From sequence record PV683292.1: DNA of 64,000 nucleotides, one strand, 5' to 3'. This DNA comes from Klebsiella phage HMGUkp2. The notes beneath the pieces were generated by a model. The model was not told the origin of the DNA, did not search any database, and saw nothing but the letters and a program-made list of their open reading frames with translations. Positions 1 to 7,925 of the stretch are shown here, piece after piece. The position numbers and the translations under genes are program-made. Every line of letters starts with the position of its first letter. The stretch's first letter is position 1.

Positions 1-41
1 TTAATGCCTTCGTTCAGCGTATCAAGAAAGAACGCAAAGAA

Positions 42-254
42 ATGGCAAAGAAATATAGCTACTTCGTTCACAACGTTTATGATAGTCGTGACGATGATAT
101 GGTTGCGTTAGCAGATGAAACCTTTATTCAGGACATCTACGATAAAATGACGCAATACGAAACCTCAACATACAAGGCACCAGGGTCTGATAAAAAGAGT
201 GAACCGGTAGTTGAAGGTAATGAATTGGAATTTTTATATGAGGCTCAAAATTAA
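42..254 (+). CDS. hypothetical protein (70 aa)
   Basis: Intact ORF in the co-directional early-gene region upstream of gene 47. No recognisable motif. Confidence 0.3.
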   Translation: MAKKYSYFVHNVYDSRDDDMVALADETFIQDIYDKMTQYETSTYKAPGSDKKSEPVVEGNELEFLYEAQN

Positions 255-468
255 CCTCGAAGGATTTTTAGAAGAAGTGCAAGACCAAGATGCCATCCCT
301 TATTTGCTTAAATTGTATCTAAGGGAAATGCTTGATCTTGATATTCACATCGACCCTAAGAACCCGCACGATACGGATATCACATCCGAAACTGCTTTAA
401 TTAATCATCAGTATAATGTTTCTGATGACGGATTTAGCGTAGTAATTGATTACATTCCTAAGGTATAA
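211..468 (+). CDS. hypothetical protein (85 aa)
   Basis: ORF overlaps its neighbours by a few codons, which is typical of T4 early operons. No motif recognised. Confidence 0.25.
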   Translation: MKVMNWNFYMRLKINLEGFLEEVQDQDAIPYLLKLYLREMLDLDIHIDPKNPHDTDITSETALINHQYNVSDDGFSVVIDYIPKV

Positions 469-469
469 A

Positions 470-814
470 ATGACCGAGATTGAAATTGATAGCATCACTG
501 AAGCACTAGAAAAACGTGGTGTCGAGAAGGACGAAATTGAAGAAGCGATTCTGGCTCAGCAAGCTATTGCAGAACGTCAGGCGCAAGTTAAAGCTAAAAA
601 AATTTATCGTAAGAACCGACGCGAACTTGAGCGGCTATATAAGCATGCTCAAGCAGCTGTTCTTGACAATAACTTCCCGGCGTATAAGTATGCTATCGAG
701 AAATCTCGTGACATCTTACGCCAACCATACACCGATGAGATTATTCTGACCGGTTGGCAGACCTCTCGCAAAATCATTTGGGACATTATCAATGATCAAG
801 CAGGTAAAATTTAA
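470..814 (+). CDS. hypothetical protein, about 114 aa, coiled-coil/charged
   Basis: ATG at 470 (MTEIEID...) is preceded by aggtataaaa. The protein is Lys/Glu-rich. Confidence 0.3.
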   Translation: MTEIEIDSITEALEKRGVEKDEIEEAILAQQAIAERQAQVKAKKIYRKNRRELERLYKHAQAAVLDNNFPAYKYAIEKSRDILRQPYTDEIILTGWQTSRKIIWDIINDQAGKI

Positions 815-989
815 ACGTTTGCAGGTTAACGCAGGATTCACTCTGTCTATAGCTAATGGTACTATGGCTGTTAAAATATCAGAAACGCATTATCGCGTTC
901 TAGGCTCAAAAGGGGTAATTAATAAAGCTGATCCGAAAAAGCTTGTATGGGCTGACACTGCACAAATTAAAAGGTGGTATAAATGGTAA
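792..989 (+). CDS. hypothetical protein (65 aa)
   Basis: Small ORF overlapping the upstream gene end. Confidence 0.25.
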   Translation: MIKQVKFKRLQVNAGFTLSIANGTMAVKISETHYRVLGSKGVINKADPKKLVWADTAQIKRWYKW

Positions 990-1074
990 GAGAACCTGAT
1001 TCTTCTGAATACTTTATCCATGATGTAGACGATCTTGGTGTTGTAGAAAACATGGTCGGCTTTGGTGAAGGCTG

Positions 1075-1260
1075 ATGGAAACAGTAATAGCTAAAGCAAA
1101 TGTAGTAACTCGTAATGGAACTATGTATTCTCCTGAAGCCTTGGAAAAGGCCATCGATTATGCAAAGATCCGTAGCGATAAGAATGAAATGATTAGCCGG
1201 TTCAATATGGCTTACGATAAAGCTAAAGCTGAAGGTACTATCACGTATCGTAAAATTTAA
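1075..1260 (+). CDS. hypothetical protein (61 aa)
   Basis: ORF is followed immediately by a hairpin terminator. Confidence 0.3.
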   Translation: METVIAKANVVTRNGTMYSPEALEKAIDYAKIRSDKNEMISRFNMAYDKAKAEGTITYRKI

Positions 1261-1279
1261 AGGGCTTCGGCCCTTTTAG
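1261..1279 (+). terminator. rho-independent terminator-like hairpin (agggc-ttcg-gccct + TTT)
   Basis: Perfect 5-bp GC stem with a tetraloop and a T-run directly after a stop codon. Confidence 0.5.
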
Positions 1280-1286
1280 GGTAACT

Positions 1287-1904
1287 ATGTATATAACTTA
1301 TCTAACAATTTATTCTGGAGATAAACTCCCTCCTTTCTACATTGGCTCTTCTTCCTTAAAGAAACATATGGAAGGCTATACCGGTACTGTTATTTCTAAA
1401 GCGTACAAAGAAATTTATGATAAAGAGAAAGAAGAGCATCCTGAATTATTCGATACAATTCTTTTAGAACAATTTGAAACCAGGCAAGAAGCTATTGCAA
1501 ATGAGTTGCACTATCAAAAACTTCATGACGTAGTTCGTTCTCCTCTTTTCATGAATATGTCTTTTGCTGTACCTAACGGTTGTTTTGGGAGAGATGTTTC
1601 TAAAGAAAAGCACCCTCTATATGGAAGCCATAATGGTTCTGGTAATATCCATTCTTATCATCCTGAAACTTTAGAACAGTCGTTTGCACCATTTATCCCA
1701 GAAGGATTTATAAAAGGCCGTTCCCCGAAGTATAAAGCATCTTGCCACAATAAGGGTAAGAAGTGGTATAATAACGGAATAGAACATAAGATGATTCATC
1801 CTGATAATGTTCCTGATGGGTGGGTTAAAGGTAAACTTCCAGGCTCTGCTTCTGCAGCAGCTACTAAAATGTGGGAACGAATTCGAAATGAAAATAATTC
1901 ATAG
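1287..1904 (+). CDS. free-standing GIY-YIG-like homing endonuclease (seg-like), 205 aa
   Basis: N-terminus TIYSGDKLPPFYIGSS matches the GIY-(x9-11)-YIG spacing. C-terminus has the KWYNNG..H...PDNVPDGWVKG motif typical of phage free-standing endonucleases. It sits where T4 has agt. Confidence 0.4.
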   Translation: MYITYLTIYSGDKLPPFYIGSSSLKKHMEGYTGTVISKAYKEIYDKEKEEHPELFDTILLEQFETRQEAIANELHYQKLHDVVRSPLFMNMSFAVPNGCFGRDVSKEKHPLYGSHNGSGNIHSYHPETLEQSFAPFIPEGFIKGRSPKYKASCHNKGKKWYNNGIEHKMIHPDNVPDGWVKGKLPGSASAAATKMWERIRNENNS

Positions 1905-2910
1905 CGGCGATTGGCATTTAGGTGTAAAGGCGGACGACCCTTGGGTTCAAGAAATCCAATTAAAAGGTATCAGAGACCACATCCAATACGCTAAAGATAA
2001 CGGTATTGATACGATTATTCAATACGGTGATATTTTTGATGTGCGTAAAGCCATTACTCACAAGTGTATGGAGTTTGCACGTAGAATCATTAAAGAACTG
2101 GATGAAGCTGGGATTAAACTCATTACTATTGTTGGGAACCACGACTGCCATTTTAAAAACACCTTGACTCCTAATGCGGCTCAAGAAGTAATGGGAAAAT
2201 ACGATAACGTTACGGTGATCGAAAAGCCCACTACTATGGATTTCGACGGTACATTGATTGATTTGATTCCTTGGATGTGTGATGAAAACACAACAGAAAT
2301 CATGGATCATATCAAGCAGTCTAGCGCTGAATACTGTATTGGCCACTGGGAGCTGAATGGCTTCTATTTTTATAAAGGTATGAAATCTCATGGGCTCGAA
2401 CCAGATTTCCTCAAAAAGTACAAACACGTATGGTCTGGGCACTTCCACACCATATCAAGTGCAGCAAACGTTAAGTACATCGGAACGCCTTGGACGCTTA
2501 CAGCGGGTGACGAGAACGACCCGCGTGGATTCTGGGTTCAAGACACTCGACTACAAACATTTGATTTCGTCCCTAACGAAGTCACTTGGCACAGAAAAAT
2601 CTTCTACCCTGTAACAGGGCCATTTGATCCAAACGAATTTAAAAATCTAGCAGTTCGTGTAGTTATTACTAAAGTAGATGATAAACTGCCGGCCTTCGAA
2701 AGTGAGCTTGAAAAAGTAGTTCATGAACTTCGAACGGTTTCTAAAGTAGATAACTCTGTTGACACTGAAGAAGCTGATGAAGAAGAAGTGGTAGGCTTGC
2801 TTGATATGATGATGGAATATATTGAAGCTCTCCCTGATGCTACATCTCAAGATGACATTGAGGCTCTTAAAGCATTAGCTACTCAACTTTATATCGAGGC
2901 CAGTGCATGA
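1888..2910 (+). CDS. 47: recombination endonuclease subunit gp47 (Mre11/SbcD-like), 340 aa
   Basis: MKIIHSGDWHLG phosphoesterase motif I, then GDIFD and GNHD motifs. Length matches T4 gp47 (339 aa). Lies upstream of 46. Confidence 0.9.
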   Translation: MKIIHSGDWHLGVKADDPWVQEIQLKGIRDHIQYAKDNGIDTIIQYGDIFDVRKAITHKCMEFARRIIKELDEAGIKLITIVGNHDCHFKNTLTPNAAQEVMGKYDNVTVIEKPTTMDFDGTLIDLIPWMCDENTTEIMDHIKQSSAEYCIGHWELNGFYFYKGMKSHGLEPDFLKKYKHVWSGHFHTISSAANVKYIGTPWTLTAGDENDPRGFWVQDTRLQTFDFVPNEVTWHRKIFYPVTGPFDPNEFKNLAVRVVITKVDDKLPAFESELEKVVHELRTVSKVDNSVDTEEADEEEVVGLLDMMMEYIEALPDATSQDDIEALKALATQLYIEASA

Positions 2911-4589
2911 AAGTTTTTAAGTTAAATAGGGTCAAATACCAAAACATTATGTCGGTAGGCCAAGCGCCTATCGATATTCAACTCGACAAATGTCATAAGA
3001 CTCTAATTACAGGTAAAAATGGTGGTGGTAAGAGTACTATGCTCGAAGCTATCACATTTGCTTTATTTGGCAAGCCATTCCGTGATATCAAGAAAGGCCA
3101 ATTGATTAACTCCTTCAATAAGAAGAATCTGGTTGTTGAACTCTGGATGGAGTACGACGGGCACACATTTTATATCAAGCGTGGCCAGAAACCAAATATC
3201 TTTGAAATAACACGAGACGGCGAAAAACTTGACGAAAGCGCAAGTTCAAAAGATTTCCAGGCATATTTCGAAGAGCTTATCGGAATGACATATTCATCCT
3301 TTAAGCAAATTGTCGTACTTGGAACGGCTGGTTATACTCCATTCATGGGCCTATCAACTCCGGCCCGAAGAAAACTTGTCGAAGATCTTCTTGAAGTATC
3401 TCTGTTGGCTGATATGGATAAGTTGAATAAGAGTTCAATCCGTGAGATTAACTCTCAAGTCCAATTGATTGACGCTCGTCAAGAAGGTATCATTCAACAG
3501 ATTAAAATCTATAACGAGAACGTAGAACGCCAAAAGAAATTATCCGGCGAAAATGTGGCTCGTTTACAATCAATGTATGACGAACTTGCTTCTGAAGCTC
3601 GTCAAATTAAATCTGATATTGAAAAATCTGTTACACGTTTAGCTGATATTGTTTTAGATGAAGACCCTAGAGTTGCACTGCAAGAGATCCAGCAGAAAAC
3701 TACAACTTTACATAATAAGATAAATTCTTTCAATAAAGTTGTTAAAATGTACCACGCAGGCGGTGAATGCCCTAGTTGTATGAGTATCTTGCATCCAGGC
3801 GATCCTGTTGTAGCTAAGATAGCGGATAAAGTTCATGAATGTGAATCATCAGCCGCTAGTTTAGAAGCCCACAGACAGTCACTGGAGACGCTAGTCGCCG
3901 AATATGAAGCTAATGTTAGGACCCAGCAGTCTCTCGCTCAAGATATTCGCTCTAAGAAACAGGCGTTAGTATCTACGGTCGAGAAAGCTAAGAAGGTTAA
4001 AGCTGCTCTAGACCAAGCGGCTTCAGACTTCATCGACCATGCTTCAGAGATTGCTTCGCTTCAAGTAGAACTAGATAAATTGGTGGCCGAGAAAACTAAG
4101 CTAGTGATGGAAAAATACCACCGTGGTATTCTCACTGATATGCTGAAAGATACTGGTATTAAAGGCGCTATTATCAAGAAATATATTCCGCTGTTTAATA
4201 AACATATTAATCAGTATTTGAAAGTAATGGAAGCTGATTACTCATTCACACTGAATGAAGAGTTCTCTGAGACTATTAAGTCTAGAGGTCGAGAAGAATT
4301 TAGTTATGCGTCATTTAGTCAAGGTGAAAAAGCACGTATTGATATAGCCTTGTTGTTTACCTGGCGTGATATTGCCGAAAAGGTATCCGGCGTTAAAATA
4401 AACTGTCTTTTCCTCGATGAGATTTTTGACTCTGCCGCGGATGCTGAAGGTATAAAATCTATAGGTTCTATACTGAATACTATGGCTGATGTTAACGTGT
4501 TTATTATTAGTCACCGAGACCATGACCCACAAGCTTACGGCCAGCATCTACAGATGAAGAAAGTTGGTCGTTTTACGGTGATGGAATGA
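2907..4589 (+). CDS. 46: recombination endonuclease subunit gp46 (Rad50/SbcC-like ATPase), 560 aa
   Basis: Walker A GKNGGGKST, long coiled coil, C-terminal signature/Walker B (LFLDEIFDS). Length is identical to T4 gp46. Start overlaps the 47 stop (ATGA). Confidence 0.9.
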   Translation: MKVFKLNRVKYQNIMSVGQAPIDIQLDKCHKTLITGKNGGGKSTMLEAITFALFGKPFRDIKKGQLINSFNKKNLVVELWMEYDGHTFYIKRGQKPNIFEITRDGEKLDESASSKDFQAYFEELIGMTYSSFKQIVVLGTAGYTPFMGLSTPARRKLVEDLLEVSLLADMDKLNKSSIREINSQVQLIDARQEGIIQQIKIYNENVERQKKLSGENVARLQSMYDELASEARQIKSDIEKSVTRLADIVLDEDPRVALQEIQQKTTTLHNKINSFNKVVKMYHAGGECPSCMSILHPGDPVVAKIADKVHECESSAASLEAHRQSLETLVAEYEANVRTQQSLAQDIRSKKQALVSTVEKAKKVKAALDQAASDFIDHASEIASLQVELDKLVAEKTKLVMEKYHRGILTDMLKDTGIKGAIIKKYIPLFNKHINQYLKVMEADYSFTLNEEFSETIKSRGREEFSYASFSQGEKARIDIALLFTWRDIAEKVSGVKINCLFLDEIFDSAADAEGIKSIGSILNTMADVNVFIISHRDHDPQAYGQHLQMKKVGRFTVME

Positions 4590-4783
4590 ATGAAGATGCA
4601 ATTACAGGCCAGTGGTTGCTGGCCTGGCCTGAAGTGAAACGCTTCAGGCTTACAAACGCGTTCAGTGGCGATGAACACATTGTTACTGAACGAATGATTA
4701 AAAATGCTTTTAAAGAATCAGATTACAATCTTATAATGTCGAACAGACATTCTGCATGGTTCCTTGAAGACTACTTCGATTAA
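4586..4783 (+). CDS. hypothetical protein (65 aa), positional equivalent of T4 45.2
   Basis: ORF overlaps the gp46 stop. Confidence 0.3.
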   Translation: MNEDAITGQWLLAWPEVKRFRLTNAFSGDEHIVTERMIKNAFKESDYNLIMSNRHSAWFLEDYFD

Positions 4784-4798
4784 TTGATAAGGTATATT

Positions 4799-5173
4799 AT
4801 GAACATCCTGACTGCTAAAGATATCCAAGTTAAAAACGTACGTACTGATTTGAACCCTAACAATCAAAACAAAATTCGTAAGTCTTGGGTACTAGCCCTT
4901 GATGAAGGCACACAAGCTGCTATTAAAGCTAAAATCAAAACCCCTGAAGCTCGCTGGGCATATTATGAAGCTCTCGATTCCGCTGTAAACGATAAATGGT
5001 TAGAATTAATGCGGGCTCATTATGCCGATTCTATTAAAGCCGGTGCTAAGATCGTTGTAGATCGTAATGGTGGCGAACGTCTTGAAGACGACTACTGTGT
5101 AGATGCAGATGAACAGCTGGTTATCGCAGGTCGGTTCGTTGCTGAAGAAGTTATCGCTGAATTCTCTAAATAA
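4799..5173 (+). CDS. rpbA: RNA polymerase-binding protein RpbA-like
   Basis: Positioned between 46 and 45 as in T4, with a similar size (T4 RpbA is 129 aa). No motif check was possible. Confidence 0.45.
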   Translation: MNILTAKDIQVKNVRTDLNPNNQNKIRKSWVLALDEGTQAAIKAKIKTPEARWAYYEALDSAVNDKWLELMRAHYADSIKAGAKIVVDRNGGERLEDDYCVDADEQLVIAGRFVAEEVIAEFSK

Positions 5174-5191
5174 TGATTTGAAAGGTACAAA

Positions 5192-5896
5192 ATGAAATTT
5201 TCTAAAGAAACCATCGCAGTTCTGAAAAACTTCTCTACTATCAATTCTGGCATCGTTCTGACCCCAGGTAATTTTGTAATGACCCGTTCTATTATTGGAA
5301 CGACTTATGCCGATGCAACAATTCAAGATGAAATCGATAACGAGCTGGCAATCTATGATCTGTCTGGCTTTCTAAGTGTTCTGTCTCTGGTCGGTGATGA
5401 TGCTGAAGTAACTCTTCAAGACGACGGCCAAATTGCAATCAAGAGCAATCGTTCTGCGGTGTACTGGGCCGGCGCCGATAAATCTACTATCGTTGTACCT
5501 AAAGCCAAAGCAAGCTTCCCGGTAGCAAACGTTATCACTGAACTGAAAGCTGAAGATCTTCAACAGCTGAAACGTGTTGCAAGTGGTCTGAACCTTGATA
5601 CGATTACCATTTCTAATAAGTCTGGTGAAATCGTTATGCAGGCTTATAATAAAACTGAAGACCCAGAACTGATTAAACCTAAATATGCATTAACCCTCGG
5701 TGAGTATGATGGTACTGAAAACTTCAACTTTGTTATTAACCGTGATAACTTGAAGATGGTTCCATCTGATTACAAACTGATGTTATGGGGTAAAAACCTG
5801 GCTGATGGCAAGAAACAAACTGCTGCTAAATTTGAAAGTGACAACTACACTTACATTACAGCAATGGAAATCGATTCGACTTTCGACTTTCAATAA
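5192..5896 (+). CDS. 45: sliding clamp gp45, 234 aa
   Basis: Size and position match. MKFSKETIAVLKNFSTINSGIVL resembles the T4 gp45 N-terminus. Lies upstream of 44. Confidence 0.85.
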   Translation: MKFSKETIAVLKNFSTINSGIVLTPGNFVMTRSIIGTTYADATIQDEIDNELAIYDLSGFLSVLSLVGDDAEVTLQDDGQIAIKSNRSAVYWAGADKSTIVVPKAKASFPVANVITELKAEDLQQLKRVASGLNLDTITISNKSGEIVMQAYNKTEDPELIKPKYALTLGEYDGTENFNFVINRDNLKMVPSDYKLMLWGKNLADGKKQTAAKFESDNYTYITAMEIDSTFDFQ

Positions 5897-5942
5897 AATT
5901 TAAATGGGAGCTACGGCTCCCTCTGAACTGAGGAAAATATTG

Positions 5943-6902
5943 ATGCTGACAGTAAATAAAAATGAGTTCATGTTTGAACAACGTTATCGCCCAAGCACAA
6001 TTGAAGAGTGTATTCTTCCTGCTCGCGATAAAGAAATATTTCAGGCTCTTGTTAAGAAAGGGCAGATTCCTCACTTAATCCTCCAAAGTAATTCACCTGG
6101 AACAGGCAAAACTACTGTAGCTAAAGCATTATGCCATGACGTTAATGCTGAGATGCTGTTTGTCAATGGTTCTGATTGTAAGATCGATTTTGTCCGTAAC
6201 GAATTAACTCGATTTGCAAGTTCTATCTCTATGGAAGGACGTCAGAAAATCATCGTTATCGATGAATTCGACCGTAGCGGCTTGGCTGAAGCCCAGCGTC
6301 ACTTACGTTCTTTCATGGAACAATATTCAAGCAACTGTTCAATCATTATTACTGCTAACGACCTTGACGGTATTATTAAGCCACTTCAGTCTCGTTGTCG
6401 TGTAATCACATTTGGTTCTCCTTCTGAAGAAGATGCCAAATCAATGCAACGTGAAATGCTGAAACGCTGTATTGCCATTTGTGAAAACGAAGGTATTGTT
6501 GTTGAAGACCGTAAAGTTCTGGCTGCGTTAGTATCTAAGAACTTTCCTGAACTTCGTAAGACAATCAATATGCTAGACCATTATAGTTCTAAAGGAATTA
6601 TTGATGCAGGCATCTTGAACGTCGTCACTAAGGCCTCCGATTCAATCGAAGCAGTTATTGAAGCACTTCGAAATAAAGATATCAAATCTCTTCGTGCTTT
6701 GGCTCCGAAATATGCAGCCGATTATGCATGGTTCGTAGATAAGCTATCGTCTGAACTGTATACTATGGTCACTGGACCAAGTATCGTACGTATGTATGAA
6801 ATTATTGGTGAAAACAACCAATATAAAGGTGTGGCGGCTTCAACTGAACTCCACATCGTGTATATGTTCATTCAACTAGCTATCGAGATGCAGTGGAAAT
6901 GA
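5943..6902 (+). CDS. 44: clamp loader large subunit gp44 (AAA+), 319 aa
   Basis: MLTVNKNEF..QRYRPSTIEECILPA..SPGTGKTTVAKALCHDV..DEFDRSG..SRC aligns closely to T4 gp44. ATG at 5943 follows SD gaggaaa. The ORF track start at 5904 is probably an upstream extension. Confidence 0.9.
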   Translation: MLTVNKNEFMFEQRYRPSTIEECILPARDKEIFQALVKKGQIPHLILQSNSPGTGKTTVAKALCHDVNAEMLFVNGSDCKIDFVRNELTRFASSISMEGRQKIIVIDEFDRSGLAEAQRHLRSFMEQYSSNCSIIITANDLDGIIKPLQSRCRVITFGSPSEEDAKSMQREMLKRCIAICENEGIVVEDRKVLAALVSKNFPELRKTINMLDHYSSKGIIDAGILNVVTKASDSIEAVIEALRNKDIKSLRALAPKYAADYAWFVDKLSSELYTMVTGPSIVRMYEIIGENNQYKGVAASTELHIVYMFIQLAIEMQWK

Positions 6903-7471
6903 GTTTATTCTTTTTTGATGATGAACCGGAATACAATGAGCACCAAATCGCATGGCTGACTAAGGATTGGTCAGCAGTCCAGAAATGTGCAGATCAATTT
7001 AAAGAATCTCCTGAAAGTGAGTTCTTTAGATTAATAAACGCAATCAATGACACTAAGCAACAAATTAATGTGTCGCAAATGGACTACAGCAAATTCATGA
7101 TTGAAAATGCCTTAAGCCAACATGCTGAATGCATGCCAGCGGTTTATGTAATGAACTTAGTAGGACAAGGTCTCTCAGACCAAGCACACTTTAACTACAT
7201 GAAACACGCCGTTCCAAAAGGTAAGCGATACGGTAAGTGGGCTAAACTAACTGAAGATTCGAATAAAATGCTTATACTTAAAGTAATTCAAGCATTTTAT
7301 AAAATCAACGTCTATGATGCTGATATGTATCATAAGACAATGTTCGCTAAAGGTAATCTACTTTCTTTCTTAAAACAGGCTAAAGCTCTTGTTACAGATG
7401 AAATGGTTAAGAGCATTACTAAAAATGTGAAAGAACAAAAACAACTCAAAAAACAAGCATTGGAATGGTAG
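6893..7471 (+). CDS. 62: clamp loader small subunit gp62, 192 aa
   Basis: Overlaps the gp44 stop. Size and position as T4 gp62 (187 aa). Confidence 0.8.
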   Translation: MEMSLFFFDDEPEYNEHQIAWLTKDWSAVQKCADQFKESPESEFFRLINAINDTKQQINVSQMDYSKFMIENALSQHAECMPAVYVMNLVGQGLSDQAHFNYMKHAVPKGKRYGKWAKLTEDSNKMLILKVIQAFYKINVYDADMYHKTMFAKGNLLSFLKQAKALVTDEMVKSITKNVKEQKQLKKQALEW

Positions 7472-7473
7472 GT

Positions 7474-7842
7474 ATGATTGAAATTACATTAAAACAGCCA
7501 GAAGATTTTCTGAAGGTTAAAGAAACCCTTACTCGTATGGGTATTGCTAATAATCGTGATAAGGTATTATATCAGAGCTGTCACATTCTTCAGAAGCAAG
7601 GTCTGTACTATATTGTTCATTTTAAAGAAATGCTAAAACTGGACGGTCGCCCTGTGGTTATGACTGAAGAAGATGAACAGCGACGTGACTCAATTGCTTG
7701 GCTACTTGAAGACTGGGGTCTGATTGAGATTGCCCCAGGCCAGCGTACATTAATGCACGAAATGACTAATAACTTCCGTGTTATAGGATTTAAGCAGAAA
7801 TCCGAATGGACCCTGAAATCTAAGTATACTATCGGTAGTTAA
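7474..7842 (+). CDS. regA: translational repressor RegA, 122 aa
   Basis: MIEITLKQPEDFLKVKETLTRMGIANNRDKVLYQSCHILQK is near-identical to T4 RegA, and the length is the same. Confidence 0.9.
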   Translation: MIEITLKQPEDFLKVKETLTRMGIANNRDKVLYQSCHILQKQGLYYIVHFKEMLKLDGRPVVMTEEDEQRRDSIAWLLEDWGLIEIAPGQRTLMHEMTNNFRVIGFKQKSEWTLKSKYTIGS

Positions 7843-7852
7843 AGATTAAGCA

Positions 7853-7874
7853 ATGGGACTTCGGTCCCATTTTG
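7853..7874 (+). terminator. rho-independent terminator (atgggac-ttcg-gtcccat-TTTT)
   Basis: 7-bp stem with tetraloop and T-run, after regA. Confidence 0.55.
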
Positions 7875-7925
7875 GAGTATAATTCATTCACCAAATAAAA
7901 GACAATTACTCGTCTAAGGAACCAA

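Noticed and set aside
1960-2448. 162-aa minus-strand ORF inside gene 47
   Set aside because: Antisense to a well-supported, highly conserved CDS. It has no SD and an odd composition. Spurious.
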